Origin: an uncultured Chloroflexia bacterium
Lineage (GTDB): Bacteria > Chloroflexota > Anaerolineae > JAAYZQ01
Reading direction: 5' to 3'
Assembly (NCBI GenBank): GCA_963700285.1
Contig: CAVOXA010000015.1
Coordinates: 160,001-224,000 of the forward strand
DNA length: 64,000 nucleotides
This document shows, piece by piece, positions 1-9,520 of the stretch; positions within the stretch are counted from its first letter, which is position 1, and the number at the start of each line of letters is the position of its first letter. The notes below the pieces were generated by a model that saw only the letters and a program-made list of their open reading frames with translations, had not been told where the DNA came from and did no database searches. The position numbers and the translations under genes were made by a program.

Positions 1-1155
1 CTTGTCACGTCTGACAGCATGATGCCACTGGTGCCGGGAACCGTGATTGGCGAGCGCTTACGGATAGTGGGAGTGCTGGATGACGAGGAAGACGAGATCC
101 TTTATCTAGCTCACGATCTGCTTCGATGCTGGCAGTGTGGTTTCCAGGACAATGAGCCTGACGATACCTTCTGCGCCCAATGCGGCGCGTCTCTGGATCG
201 CGAGGCGCGGGTGCGCCTGCTGGAGGTCCAGAGCAAGGAGGCCGAGCCATCCGGCGGCGAGGCTGTGGCTGCCCGGCTCAGCTACGAAGGACGCCATTTT
301 CTTCTTCTGGCAGAGCCAGATGCGGCGATTGAGGTGGAATCGGGATCCAGTGCTCCAGGTGTGCCCCAGAGTGTTCGGCTCGTGGTGGGGCAGTACTCTG
401 ATGCTGGCCGGGTTCGCGAGCTGGATGAGGATAGCCTGCTGGCCCTGACCCTGGCTCCCACCTACGAATCGCGGACCGGCCCGGTGTTGGGCCTCTTTGC
501 TGTGGCTGACGGAATGGGGGGCCACGAGGGCGGCGAAGTCGCTAGCAAAGTGGCATTGCAGGTACTGGCCGATGTGGTGTTGCGCAGTATTGTGCTGCCG
601 GCACTGGCGGATGAAGATCTTCTGGAGGAGGAGATCATTGCCCGCCTGAGTCAGGCGACTGTGAGTGCCAATGACGCTGTGTACCTGGCCCGCCAGAAGC
701 GGGGAAACGACATGGGGACGACCTTGACCACAGCTCTGGTCAGGGATGACCGGCTCTTCTTGGCCCATGTGGGCGATTGCCGTGCTTATCGATGGGGAGC
801 TGACGGCCTCCAGCAGCTAACCACCGACCATTCGCTGGTGGCCAGCATGATTGCCAGCGGCCAGGCTGCGCCTGAAGAGATCTATACCCATCCCCACCGC
901 AGCGTCATCTATCGCTGCGTCGGCGACCAGCCAGTGGTGGAGGTTGATACGGACGTCGTGTCCCTTGTCCCAGGTGACCGGATCCTTGTCTGCTGTGATG
1001 GCCTGTGGGAGATGGTGCGCGACGAAGGCATCAGAGATGTCATGATGCAGGAAGCTGATCCCCAGGCTGCCTGCGAGATGCTGGTGAATCATGCCAATGT
1101 AGCAGGCGGTGATGACAACATCAGCGTCATCATCGTACAGATCAAGGGTGCATAA
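1..1155 (+). CDS. PP2C-family Ser/Thr phosphatase with N-terminal zinc ribbon (possibly 5'-truncated by the window)
   Basis: Motifs ADGMGGH, HVGDCRAY, CCDGLW and GGDDN; CWQCG...CAQCG ribbon. The frame is open from position 1; first ATG at 19. Confidence 0.92.
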   Translation, partial: LVTSDSMMPLVPGTVIGERLRIVGVLDDEEDEILYLAHDLLRCWQCGFQDNEPDDTFCAQCGASLDREARVRLLEVQSKEAEPSGGEAVAARLSYEGRHFLLLAEPDAAIEVESGSSAPGVPQSVRLVVGQYSDAGRVRELDEDSLLALTLAPTYESRTGPVLGLFAVADGMGGHEGGEVASKVALQVLADVVLRSIVLPALADEDLLEEEIIARLSQATVSANDAVYLARQKRGNDMGTTLTTALVRDDRLFLAHVGDCRAYRWGADGLQQLTTDHSLVASMIASGQAAPEEIYTHPHRSVIYRCVGDQPVVEVDTDVVSLVPGDRILVCCDGLWEMVRDEGIRDVMMQEADPQAACEMLVNHANVAGGDDNISVIIVQIKGA

Positions 1156-1302
1156 GATGGATGCCTGGGCGACCTTGAGTGGGGGGACAATGCTCGCCGG
1201 CCCTTCAGATCCAGCAATCGCCCCGGTATTGTGAATAGAACGACCGTGCGGTTCGCACGTATAGGATAAGCCATGATAATGGCCAATGTAAGGAGGGATG
1301 AT

Positions 1303-2556
1303 ATGGCCAACGATTTGACTCTGACCTGCCGGCTCAACAAGGCCTATCTGCCGGTTATGAACACCCAGCAGCTAGTGTACGTGCTCATCGATGCGGTACC
1401 GGGCGCGAGCATGGCGCAGGTCCAGATGCCACTTAACCTCAGCTTGGTGCTGGACAAGAGTGGCTCGATGCAAGGAAAAAAGATCCAGAACTTGCGAGAG
1501 GCGGCCAAGCTGGTGGTGGATCGCCTGGGACCGCAAGATACCATCTCCATCGTCGCCTTTAGCGACCGAAAGTATCTGATCGCCACCAGCCAGCCGATCA
1601 CAGACAAGGGAGCACTCAAAACAAAGATTGACCGGATCCGCGATGGTGGCGGAACTGCTATCTCTGGCGGCATGAATCAGGGACTGACCGAGTTGGGCAA
1701 GGCCGCATCCCCTGATCGAATCAGCCGGATGCTGCTCTTGACAGACGGTCAGACCTTTGGCGACGAGAAAACGTGCAAACAGCTGGCCCAAAAAGCTGGC
1801 GACCAGGGCATCCTGGTCAATGCACTGGGCCTGGGTGACGATTGGAACGAGGATCTATTGGATGACATCGCCGCAGCCAGCGGTGGCGTGGCCGACTTTA
1901 TTGATTCGCCCAACAAGATTGTCACCTTTTTTGAGCAGGCTGTCCAGTCCATGCAGGACAGCGTGGTGCAGAACGCGCAGATGGTTCTGCGTCTGGCCAG
2001 CGGCGTCACACCCCGCCAGGTTTGGCAGGTCCTGCCCCTGATCTCGAACTTGGGCTACCGCCCTCTGTCGGATCGCGATGTGCAGGTCGCCCTCGGCGAG
2101 ATGGAGAAAGGCCAGCCACGTAGCTTGCTGGTAGAGCTGCTGGTTGGCCCCCGGCCTGCTGGCACCTATCGTGTTGCCCAGACGGAGGTCAGCTATGACG
2201 TACCCGGCTTGAAGCTTTCCGGCGAAAGGGTCAAGTCCGACATCCTGCTCAGCTTCACAGCCAATGCTGCTGAAGCCAAGGACTATGAGCCTGAAGTAAT
2301 GAACATCGTCGAGAAGGTGACGGCCTTCAAGCTCCAAACCCGGGCGCTGGAAGAGGCCAAGATGGGCAACATAGCCGGCGCCAGCCAGAAGCTCCGTGCT
2401 GCTGCCACCCGCCTATTGGAGATAGGCGAAGACGATCTGGCACAGTCGGCGCTAGAAGAGGCCGAGAACCTGGAGACGAGCGGCCAGATGTCTTCTCATG
2501 GTACCAAAAAACTGCGCTACGAGACGCGCAAGCTGACGCAGCGCCTGAGTCCCTGA
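1303..2556 (+). CDS. von Willebrand factor A domain protein
   Basis: MIDAS DKSGS, GGTA, LLTDG; AGGAGG RBS before ATG 1303; helical C-terminal tail. Confidence 0.92.
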   Translation: MANDLTLTCRLNKAYLPVMNTQQLVYVLIDAVPGASMAQVQMPLNLSLVLDKSGSMQGKKIQNLREAAKLVVDRLGPQDTISIVAFSDRKYLIATSQPITDKGALKTKIDRIRDGGGTAISGGMNQGLTELGKAASPDRISRMLLLTDGQTFGDEKTCKQLAQKAGDQGILVNALGLGDDWNEDLLDDIAAASGGVADFIDSPNKIVTFFEQAVQSMQDSVVQNAQMVLRLASGVTPRQVWQVLPLISNLGYRPLSDRDVQVALGEMEKGQPRSLLVELLVGPRPAGTYRVAQTEVSYDVPGLKLSGERVKSDILLSFTANAAEAKDYEPEVMNIVEKVTAFKLQTRALEEAKMGNIAGASQKLRAAATRLLEIGEDDLAQSALEEAENLETSGQMSSHGTKKLRYETRKLTQRLSP

Positions 2557-2669
2557 ATGCCAGGGATTGTGGCATCCTCTGCTGCATGAATGTCAGATCA
2601 GAGGGGTAGGAAGTACCAACAAGCGTCTTTTTGTTTAGCATGTACGACCGAAGAAGGAGGAACCGAATC

Positions 2670-3674
2670 ATGCCAACATGCCCAAACTGTGGAAATGAAA
2701 CTGCAGCAGGTGCTATTTTCTGCGACCAGTGCGGAACGCAGATCCCGGCGTCCGGGTCTGCTGTTCCAGAGGCGCCACCCGCCCCGGCCGGTGGCAGCAT
2801 AATCTGTCCCGCCTGCGGCGCGGGCAACGTGCCGGGCGAGGCCTTTTGCGACTTTTGCGGCTCTCCCCTGGATGCGCCAGTACCGGCAGTCGTAGAGGCA
2901 CCCATGCCGGCGCCCGCCGAGGTTGAGGTAGCAGCCGATGCTGTACCTGACGAAGATCAATCCATATGTCCAGCCTGTGGGGCTGAGGTCCAGCCTGGAG
3001 AGGCCTTTTGCGCCAATTGCGGGGCATCGCTTGTCGAGCCCATACAGGCGCCAGAGGCAGGAGATGTGGTAGAACCGCCAGCCGAGGGAGTGCCCCTCGC
3101 CGCCGATGGGCAGGTTCCTGAGGCACGAGAAGCGATAGAGCCTGTCGCTGAGGAAGTACCTGAGGTGCGAGAGGTCGTGGTTGAGGAATCAGCTCCGCCA
3201 CCGCCTGCCCCAGAGCTGGTTGCCGCGCCCACCTGTCCGGCCTGTGGCGTGGAAATCGTCGCTGGTGACAAGTTCTGCAGTAACTGTGGGGCAGTGTTGC
3301 AGGCTGTGGCTGAGCCAGCAGTGGCTGAGGTAGCACCGCTGCCTTCACCTTCCGCCGGCCCGCGTTTGGTGGTCGTTGCGTCCGGGGCTGAGATCCCACT
3401 TCCGACTGCTGATGAGATACTGATTGGCCGTGAGGACCCGGTGAGCGGCGTCTTCCCCCAGGTGGATCTGACACCCCATGGTGGTGAGGAGGGAGGGGTT
3501 TCTCGCAGGCACGCGCGGCTGATTGTCAAAGGTCTCAACTACTCTGTCGAGGATTTGGACAGTACCAACTATACCTTCGTCAACAAGCAAAAGCTGGCGC
3601 CCGGAATCAGCCATCCGGTTCGTGATGGTGATGAGATCCGCTGCGGTCGCGTGACGCTGGTCCTGAGAACCTGA
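2670..3674 (+). CDS. FHA-domain protein with four N-terminal double zinc ribbons
   Basis: Four CPxCG-x9-FCxxCG units separated by Pro/Glu/Ala linkers; FHA motifs IGR, VSRRHA, STN; AAGGAGG RBS. Confidence 0.92.
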   Translation: MPTCPNCGNETAAGAIFCDQCGTQIPASGSAVPEAPPAPAGGSIICPACGAGNVPGEAFCDFCGSPLDAPVPAVVEAPMPAPAEVEVAADAVPDEDQSICPACGAEVQPGEAFCANCGASLVEPIQAPEAGDVVEPPAEGVPLAADGQVPEAREAIEPVAEEVPEVREVVVEESAPPPPAPELVAAPTCPACGVEIVAGDKFCSNCGAVLQAVAEPAVAEVAPLPSPSAGPRLVVVASGAEIPLPTADEILIGREDPVSGVFPQVDLTPHGGEEGGVSRRHARLIVKGLNYSVEDLDSTNYTFVNKQKLAPGISHPVRDGDEIRCGRVTLVLRT

Positions 3675-3757
3675 TACCAGGTACGGGGGATTGGAGATTG
3701 CAGAGATGATGTGCATCGCAATGCCTAGTTTCTGTTCTCCAGTCTCCCAGTTGCCTT

Positions 3758-5635
3758 ATGCAACATTGTCGTGAACTGGTGTGCGGCCATCTCAACAGGC
3801 CGAGTGCTCGCTTCTGTGAAAAGTGTGGGCAGCCGCTGCGCGGTCAAAGTGATCGCCCGGCGGATGCCTGGTCCGCCTTGCCTTCAGGACACCTGATGCG
3901 GGGTGGCACCTATCGTATCCTTGAGCCGCTGGGCAAAGGAGGGATGGGCGCGCTCTATCTGGCGGCCGATACAGGTGCCTTTGACCGGAAGTGTGTGGTC
4001 AAGGAACTCCTAGACTACTACGATCCCACAAACCCCGACGAAGCCCAACTGGCCCAGGATCGCTTTGAAACTGAGGCTCGCCTGCTGGCTGAACTGAGCC
4101 ATCCTGGAATTCCACGTATCTATAGCTTTTTCTCCGAGGCTGGGCGTCACTATATCGTAATGGAATATATCCAAGGGGAGACACTGGAGCGCGCGGTGAC
4201 TCACGTCGATCCTCTTGGGTTCACCATCGCGGCACACCAACTTTCCGCTGAGACGGCTGTGCGCCACGCTATCCGAATCTGCCGGGTTCTGGAGTATCTG
4301 GCCAACCAGCCAATACCCGTAGTGCACCACGACATCAAGCCTGCAAATCTCATCGTGGACCGAACCAGTGGAGAGGTGAGGCTGGTGGACTTTGGTACCG
4401 CCCAAACCCGCACCCGCTGGGCCACCCAGGCCCGACTGGACCAACAACCCTCGATGCTTTTTGGCACCCCCGGATATGCGGCGCCGGAGCAATACCGGGG
4501 CAGCTCAGAGCCACGATCGGATGTCTATGCTCTGGCTGCCACCCTGTATCACATTCTGACCGACGACGATCCTGGCGAGCATCCTTTTCAGTTCACCAAC
4601 ATGGGAGGCCTGCCCGCTTCGCTGGCTGACGCCCTGGGCCGAGCCCTGCGTCCAGAGGTGCAGCGGCGCAGTACTGCATTGGAGTTTCGGCATGCGTTGG
4701 CAGGTTGGTTCATTCCCGATGAAGCTGCCCAACCCTTCGTTTTTCGCTCAGGAGCCGTAGCCCATACCACAGAGGAACTGGTTCTTCTCTGCGATCGGTA
4801 TTGGCCCGAAGCCCGACTGCACCTGAGCGACGGAGATTTTGACCAGTGGTTCCGTACTCGCAATCGACACGACCTCGTGGCGAAAGCCAGGTCGGCAAAG
4901 CTCGAGAGGAACGCCGACGCTGCGCTGGAGGTGTTTCTGAGGCGCCTGAATCCACGCTTGGCGGCGCCAAGCCTCGTCATCGAGCCACTGAACCTGGATT
5001 TTGGACGGATAACCCGCAGTGGAGCCGTTCCGCGCCATCTACGGGTGTGCAATGAGGGCAGGGGCTATGCTCAGGCGAGCCTGAGTACCCCGGTGCCCTG
5101 GATACTCATCGAGCGATCTCGGGTAGGATGTCTGTCGGGCACAGAAATCTCCGTAGAGGTTCAACTTGACGCCACAGCGTTGTCTTTGCAGAGAGATCAC
5201 CAGACTGTCATCGCCTGTACGCCAGATCGTGGCGCAAGAATCTCCATTTCGGTTGTGGCCGAGTTGAATTTGGTCCGGGAGGCGCTGCGGCGGATCGCTG
5301 CGGCTTTCACGGCGGTAGCTCACCTGGCCGTTAGAGGAGCCCGGCGCGGGTGGGGGTTTTGGATGCGAACCTTTCGCAGCCTGCTCCGGTCCCGCTATGG
5401 GCTGTGGATCCTGGGGGCCGAGGCTGTGATACTGGCTGCGGCGATGGTGGCTCTGTGGTGGATCTGGCCTGACTCTTCGCCTGCCTTGGACGACTTGGCT
5501 CGGGCTCTGATCCTGATCGTACCGCTATCGCTGCTGGTCGTCTATCTGCTGCCAGCGATCGCCTTCGTCGCCGGATTTGTCGTCTGGGAGGTCGTCCGGG
5601 GCATGGCGGGCTGGGCGAGGGCCGCCACGCGCTGA
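3758..5635 (+). CDS. Hanks-type Ser/Thr kinase with zinc ribbon, Ig/BACON-like region and C-terminal TM helices
   Basis: LGKGGMG, VVKE, HHDIKPAN, DFG, GTPGYAAPE, SDVY; two hydrophobic C-terminal segments. Confidence 0.92.
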   Translation: MQHCRELVCGHLNRPSARFCEKCGQPLRGQSDRPADAWSALPSGHLMRGGTYRILEPLGKGGMGALYLAADTGAFDRKCVVKELLDYYDPTNPDEAQLAQDRFETEARLLAELSHPGIPRIYSFFSEAGRHYIVMEYIQGETLERAVTHVDPLGFTIAAHQLSAETAVRHAIRICRVLEYLANQPIPVVHHDIKPANLIVDRTSGEVRLVDFGTAQTRTRWATQARLDQQPSMLFGTPGYAAPEQYRGSSEPRSDVYALAATLYHILTDDDPGEHPFQFTNMGGLPASLADALGRALRPEVQRRSTALEFRHALAGWFIPDEAAQPFVFRSGAVAHTTEELVLLCDRYWPEARLHLSDGDFDQWFRTRNRHDLVAKARSAKLERNADAALEVFLRRLNPRLAAPSLVIEPLNLDFGRITRSGAVPRHLRVCNEGRGYAQASLSTPVPWILIERSRVGCLSGTEISVEVQLDATALSLQRDHQTVIACTPDRGARISISVVAELNLVREALRRIAAAFTAVAHLAVRGARRGWGFWMRTFRSLLRSRYGLWILGAEAVILAAAMVALWWIWPDSSPALDDLARALILIVPLSLLVVYLLPAIAFVAGFVVWEVVRGMAGWARAATR

Positions 5636-5754
5636 ACATCTAGCCATGAGGGCATTTACCTGGCAGCCATGATACAAGACTAGTAGGCCTTCCGGAGCCT
5701 GCCAGTCTTTCGTTTGTCAATCCTTGTGAATGCAACGAGAAAATCCAGATCTAG

Positions 5755-5783
5755 TTGACATCACCCCGAGCCTGTGGTATACT
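5755..5783 (+). promoter_or_regulatory. sigma70-type promoter of the fdrA operon
   Basis: TTGACA-17 bp-TATACT with an extended -10 TG. Confidence 0.75.
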
Positions 5784-6084
5784 TGGCTTCGTTCGTAACC
5801 TGGTGAGCATGTTGATTCAGCTTCCTCGCGGTTCGTGTGTTGACGACCCAGCGATATGGTGCTGAGCCTGTTGTCGTTTGATTGTCCTCTGCCCATTTTG
5901 CTGTCGGATCCAATGCCTCTGTGGCTCGAATGCGGGCCCCTTTGCGGTAGGTGATTAGACTAACCCTCGAGCTTCGGGGTACCTGGTACTGGTTTCCGGG
6001 TCGACATACAACTGATGGAACACTGCGCCCCCTGAGACACGGAAGAATCAACCAATGGCGCAGAACCAGATTGTGGGAGTACCC

Positions 6085-7827
6085 ATGGCACTTACGAAAT
6101 CGGAAATCCGGTCGGGGGCCTACTATGACTCTGTGGTGCTCATGCAATTGCAGCGCTCTCTGGCTGCCCTCCCTGGCGTCCTTGATGCCGGCGTGGTGAT
6201 GGGTACCGAGGCCAACCAAGAGATCCTGGCCCAAACTGGCCTGTTGACAGCGGAAGGTCTGGCCGGGGCGGCCGATGATTTGGTGATTGTGGTCAAGGCT
6301 GAGACTGAAGCTGAGGCTGAGGCGGCTCTGGGACAGGTGGACGAACTCCTGGCGGTGCGGAGGGGCGGTGTCGAGCAGGACTACTGTCCCAGGAGCCTGG
6401 AAGCGGCAGCCGAAATGAGGCCCGACGCTCAATGGGTGCTGATATCCGTCCCGGGTCGCTATGCTGCCGGGGTGGCCCGCCAGGCCCTGCGCCTGGGCAA
6501 GAACGTGTTCCTCTATAGCGACAACGTTTCTCTGGCCGATGAAGTCGCCCTCAAACAGACTGCCGCCGAATGCGGTCGCCTGGTGATGGGGCCGGACTGC
6601 GGTACGGCCATTGTCAACGGCGTGGGACTTGGTTTTGCCAATCGGGTGCGCCGGGGCTCAATCGGCTTGGTCGCTGCCTCGGGAACCGGTCTGCAGCAGG
6701 TCAGCGCCCGCATCCACCAGTTGGGAGGTGGCATCAGCCATGCCCTGGGTACTGGTGGGCGGGACCTCTCCGAATCTGTCGGGGCGGTGACAGCTTGTCA
6801 GGGCCTGGATCTCCTCATTCGTGATCCTGAGACCCGCGTGATTGTACTTGTCTCCAAACCTCCAGCACCCCAGGTGGCCAGTGAACTGTTGGATGTTGCC
6901 CGTTCCTCGGACAAGCCAGTCGTGGTGGACTTTGTTGGCTACTCCCCCTCTGTGCGTGAGTCGGACAACTTGCGCTTTGCTACCACCTTTGATGAGGCGG
7001 CTGAACTCGCCGTGCGCCTGGCGACGGAGGACGATGTGGGTGCTGGCCCGAAGCCGCACGGGACCGCAGTACCCACAGTGGCTGGACTGGATCGTTTCGC
7101 ACCAGGACAGCGCTATCTACGAGGGCTGTTTTCCGGTGGCAGCTTGGCCTACGAGGCCCTGCTTCTGCTGCAGGACTATGCTCCGGGGATCTTTTCTAAC
7201 GTTCCTTTGGAAAAGGATTTTGGCTTGTCCAACCCCATGGTCAGCCAGGCACATACCATGGTCGACCTGGGTGAAGATGAATTCACTGTCGGCCGTCTAC
7301 ACCCAATGATGGACCATGATCTCCGCATCCGACGGCTCCAGCAGGAAGCGCAGGATCCAGAGGTTGCTGTAATCCTACTCGACGTCGTACTGGGCTATGG
7401 GGCTCACCCGGATCCGGCTGGTGAGATTGCACCGGCTATTGCCCAAGCGCGCTCTGATGCGGCCGAAGTTGGCCGGTACCTCGAGGTGGTCGCCGTCGTT
7501 GTCGGTACCGACGAGGATCCGCAGGATATGGATACCCAGATCCAGCAACTAGAAGCGGCAGGTGCCTGGGTGGAGACCAGTAACGATACTGCCGTCCGCT
7601 ACGTTGGTCGCCTGATCCAGGCTCTTGCTCCGAAATCTAGAATCCTGAATCCTAAATCGGTAGACTTGGCTGTGCTTCACCAACCTCTGGGCGCCATCAA
7701 TGTTGGAGTGGAGTCGTTTGCCGAAAGCCTGCAGGCCCAAGGTGCGCCCGTCATCCAGGTGGACTGGCGGCCGCCGGCCGGCGGAAACGAGAAATTGATG
7801 GCGATTCTCGAACGGATGCGGGGCTAG
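6085..7827 (+). CDS. fdrA: Acyl-CoA synthetase-like FdrA (AllF family)
   Basis: YYDSVVLM, MGPDCGTA, ASGTG, GTGGRDL, DLGEDEFTVGRLHPMMD and C-terminal VDWRPPAGG. Confidence 0.92.
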   Translation: MALTKSEIRSGAYYDSVVLMQLQRSLAALPGVLDAGVVMGTEANQEILAQTGLLTAEGLAGAADDLVIVVKAETEAEAEAALGQVDELLAVRRGGVEQDYCPRSLEAAAEMRPDAQWVLISVPGRYAAGVARQALRLGKNVFLYSDNVSLADEVALKQTAAECGRLVMGPDCGTAIVNGVGLGFANRVRRGSIGLVAASGTGLQQVSARIHQLGGGISHALGTGGRDLSESVGAVTACQGLDLLIRDPETRVIVLVSKPPAPQVASELLDVARSSDKPVVVDFVGYSPSVRESDNLRFATTFDEAAELAVRLATEDDVGAGPKPHGTAVPTVAGLDRFAPGQRYLRGLFSGGSLAYEALLLLQDYAPGIFSNVPLEKDFGLSNPMVSQAHTMVDLGEDEFTVGRLHPMMDHDLRIRRLQQEAQDPEVAVILLDVVLGYGAHPDPAGEIAPAIAQARSDAAEVGRYLEVVAVVVGTDEDPQDMDTQIQQLEAAGAWVETSNDTAVRYVGRLIQALAPKSRILNPKSVDLAVLHQPLGAINVGVESFAESLQAQGAPVIQVDWRPPAGGNEKLMAILERMRG

Positions 7828-7829
7828 CA

Positions 7830-8150
7830 GTGAGGCGAGTGGGCTTTACTCAGCCGATGCGAAGAGTTGGTCCGGCAGCAGAGGCAGCAGGTACGGCTCT
7901 TGCAGTTTGTGGTATCATCACGCTGGCAACGCCTGTCTGGGCCGGCCCCAGCCATATGTCGTCGGCCGGCAGCAACTGGGTCAATGTCCTGCTGGTTCCA
8001 CTGACCGCGAGTGGCATGGATGGTGTTGGCAGGGTCTGTGCCGCTGCTCGTCGCATTGGATCAGCCTCGAGAGGGGGCGAAAGAGCAGATCAAATCACGC
8101 TCACCGAGAGCGTCTTCCCATAGCCATTACTAGTTGTACGGAGTCTGATA
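7830..8150 (+). other. Possible small membrane protein, frameshifted near 8010
   Basis: Hydrophobic stretch ...WVNVLLVPLTA continues in another frame as VAWMVLAGSVPLLVALDQ. No family recognised. Confidence 0.25.
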
Positions 8151-8235
8151 CAAGATCTTGTGGAGTGGACGTATGCGCCAGCTCCAATATTCATTCCCGA
8201 CTATCGATCTAGTCCCGTAGGAAAGGTATGCAAGC

Positions 8236-9504
8236 ATGGATATCGAGAAGGCCAATGCACAAGCAACCGAACGAATGATGGAATCCCGCCCGGTTCTGGT
8301 GGGGATGGGCAGGGCCATTGACGTGGTGCCCGGCATGCGCGAGAATCTGCTACTGCACGCAGGTCCGCCCCTGACCCTTCGGTCGGAACCTCAGGGCAAA
8401 GCCTGGGATCGCGCTTCTGGGCCGATGCGAGGCGCCATCACGGGAGCCCTGATCTTTGAGGGCAAAGCCAAAGGCGAAGACGATGCTCAAACCCTGATCG
8501 AATCGGGCGAGATTGAGCTGGAACCCTGCCATCACCATCAGGCTGTGGGGCCCATGGCTGGTGTGACCTGCCCTTCCATGTCGGTGTATATCCTGGAGAA
8601 CAAGACCTACGGGAACAAGTCCTACTCTAACCTTAACGAGGGCTATGGCAGGGTACTGCGCTACGGCGCCTATAGCGAGGAAGTGCTGGACCGCCTGCAC
8701 TGGATGGAGGAGGTGATGGCCCCGGTTCTGACCGGCGCTATCGAGGCCAGTGGCGGGATCGACATCCGTGCCCTGCTGGCCGAAGCCCTGCACATGGGCG
8801 ATGAGGGGCACAATCGCAACAAGGCCGGTTCGATTTTGTTCACGACCAAGCTTGCGCCTTTCATTGCCAGGGCTGCACCCAACGCTGATGTGGCAGCCGA
8901 CGTTCTGCGCGCTTTGGGCGACAATGCGCTGAGCGTCCTGAATCCGGTGATGGCCGCCTGTAAGGGGATGGCCGATGCCGCGCATGGCGTTGAGGGTAGT
9001 ACCATCGTAAGCACCATGGCTCGCAACGGCACCGATTTTGGCATTCGCGTCAGCGGCCTGGGAGATCGCTGGTTCACGGCCCCGGTCGCGGTACCAGAGG
9101 GCCTCTACTTTCCAGGTTTCACGGCTGAGGATGCCAGCGGTGACATCGGCGACAGTGTGATCACCGAGACTGCCGGCATTGGCGGATTTGCCATGGCTTC
9201 CGCGCCGGCCATCGTCACCTTTGTCAGTGGCACGCCGCGGGATGCCCTGAATGCCACCCTGGAAATGTACGAAATCTGCAGCGCCGAGCACAAGTACTTT
9301 AGCATGCCCCCCCTCGACTTTCGCGGAACGCCGACCGGCATCGACGTCCGTAAGGTCGTGGAGACAGGCATTACGCCCCGAGTCAACACTGGAATTGCCC
9401 ACAAAGATGCTGGCGTCGGTCAAGTCGGCGCCGGGCTGGTACGCCCACCGATGGCCATGTTTGAGGAGGCGTTGGTGGCTTTTGCACAAGAATACGGATA
9501 CTAG
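8236..9504 (+). CDS. ylbE: DUF1116 / YlbE-YahG family protein (AllG-like)
   Basis: LLHAGPP, PCHHHQAVGPMAG, LHMGDEGHNRN, MARNG, GDIGDS, NTGIAHK, GQVGAG. Confidence 0.9.
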   Translation: MDIEKANAQATERMMESRPVLVGMGRAIDVVPGMRENLLLHAGPPLTLRSEPQGKAWDRASGPMRGAITGALIFEGKAKGEDDAQTLIESGEIELEPCHHHQAVGPMAGVTCPSMSVYILENKTYGNKSYSNLNEGYGRVLRYGAYSEEVLDRLHWMEEVMAPVLTGAIEASGGIDIRALLAEALHMGDEGHNRNKAGSILFTTKLAPFIARAAPNADVAADVLRALGDNALSVLNPVMAACKGMADAAHGVEGSTIVSTMARNGTDFGIRVSGLGDRWFTAPVAVPEGLYFPGFTAEDASGDIGDSVITETAGIGGFAMASAPAIVTFVSGTPRDALNATLEMYEICSAEHKYFSMPPLDFRGTPTGIDVRKVVETGITPRVNTGIAHKDAGVGQVGAGLVRPPMAMFEEALVAFAQEYGY

Positions 9505-9520
9505 ATACTGGAGGGAGACA

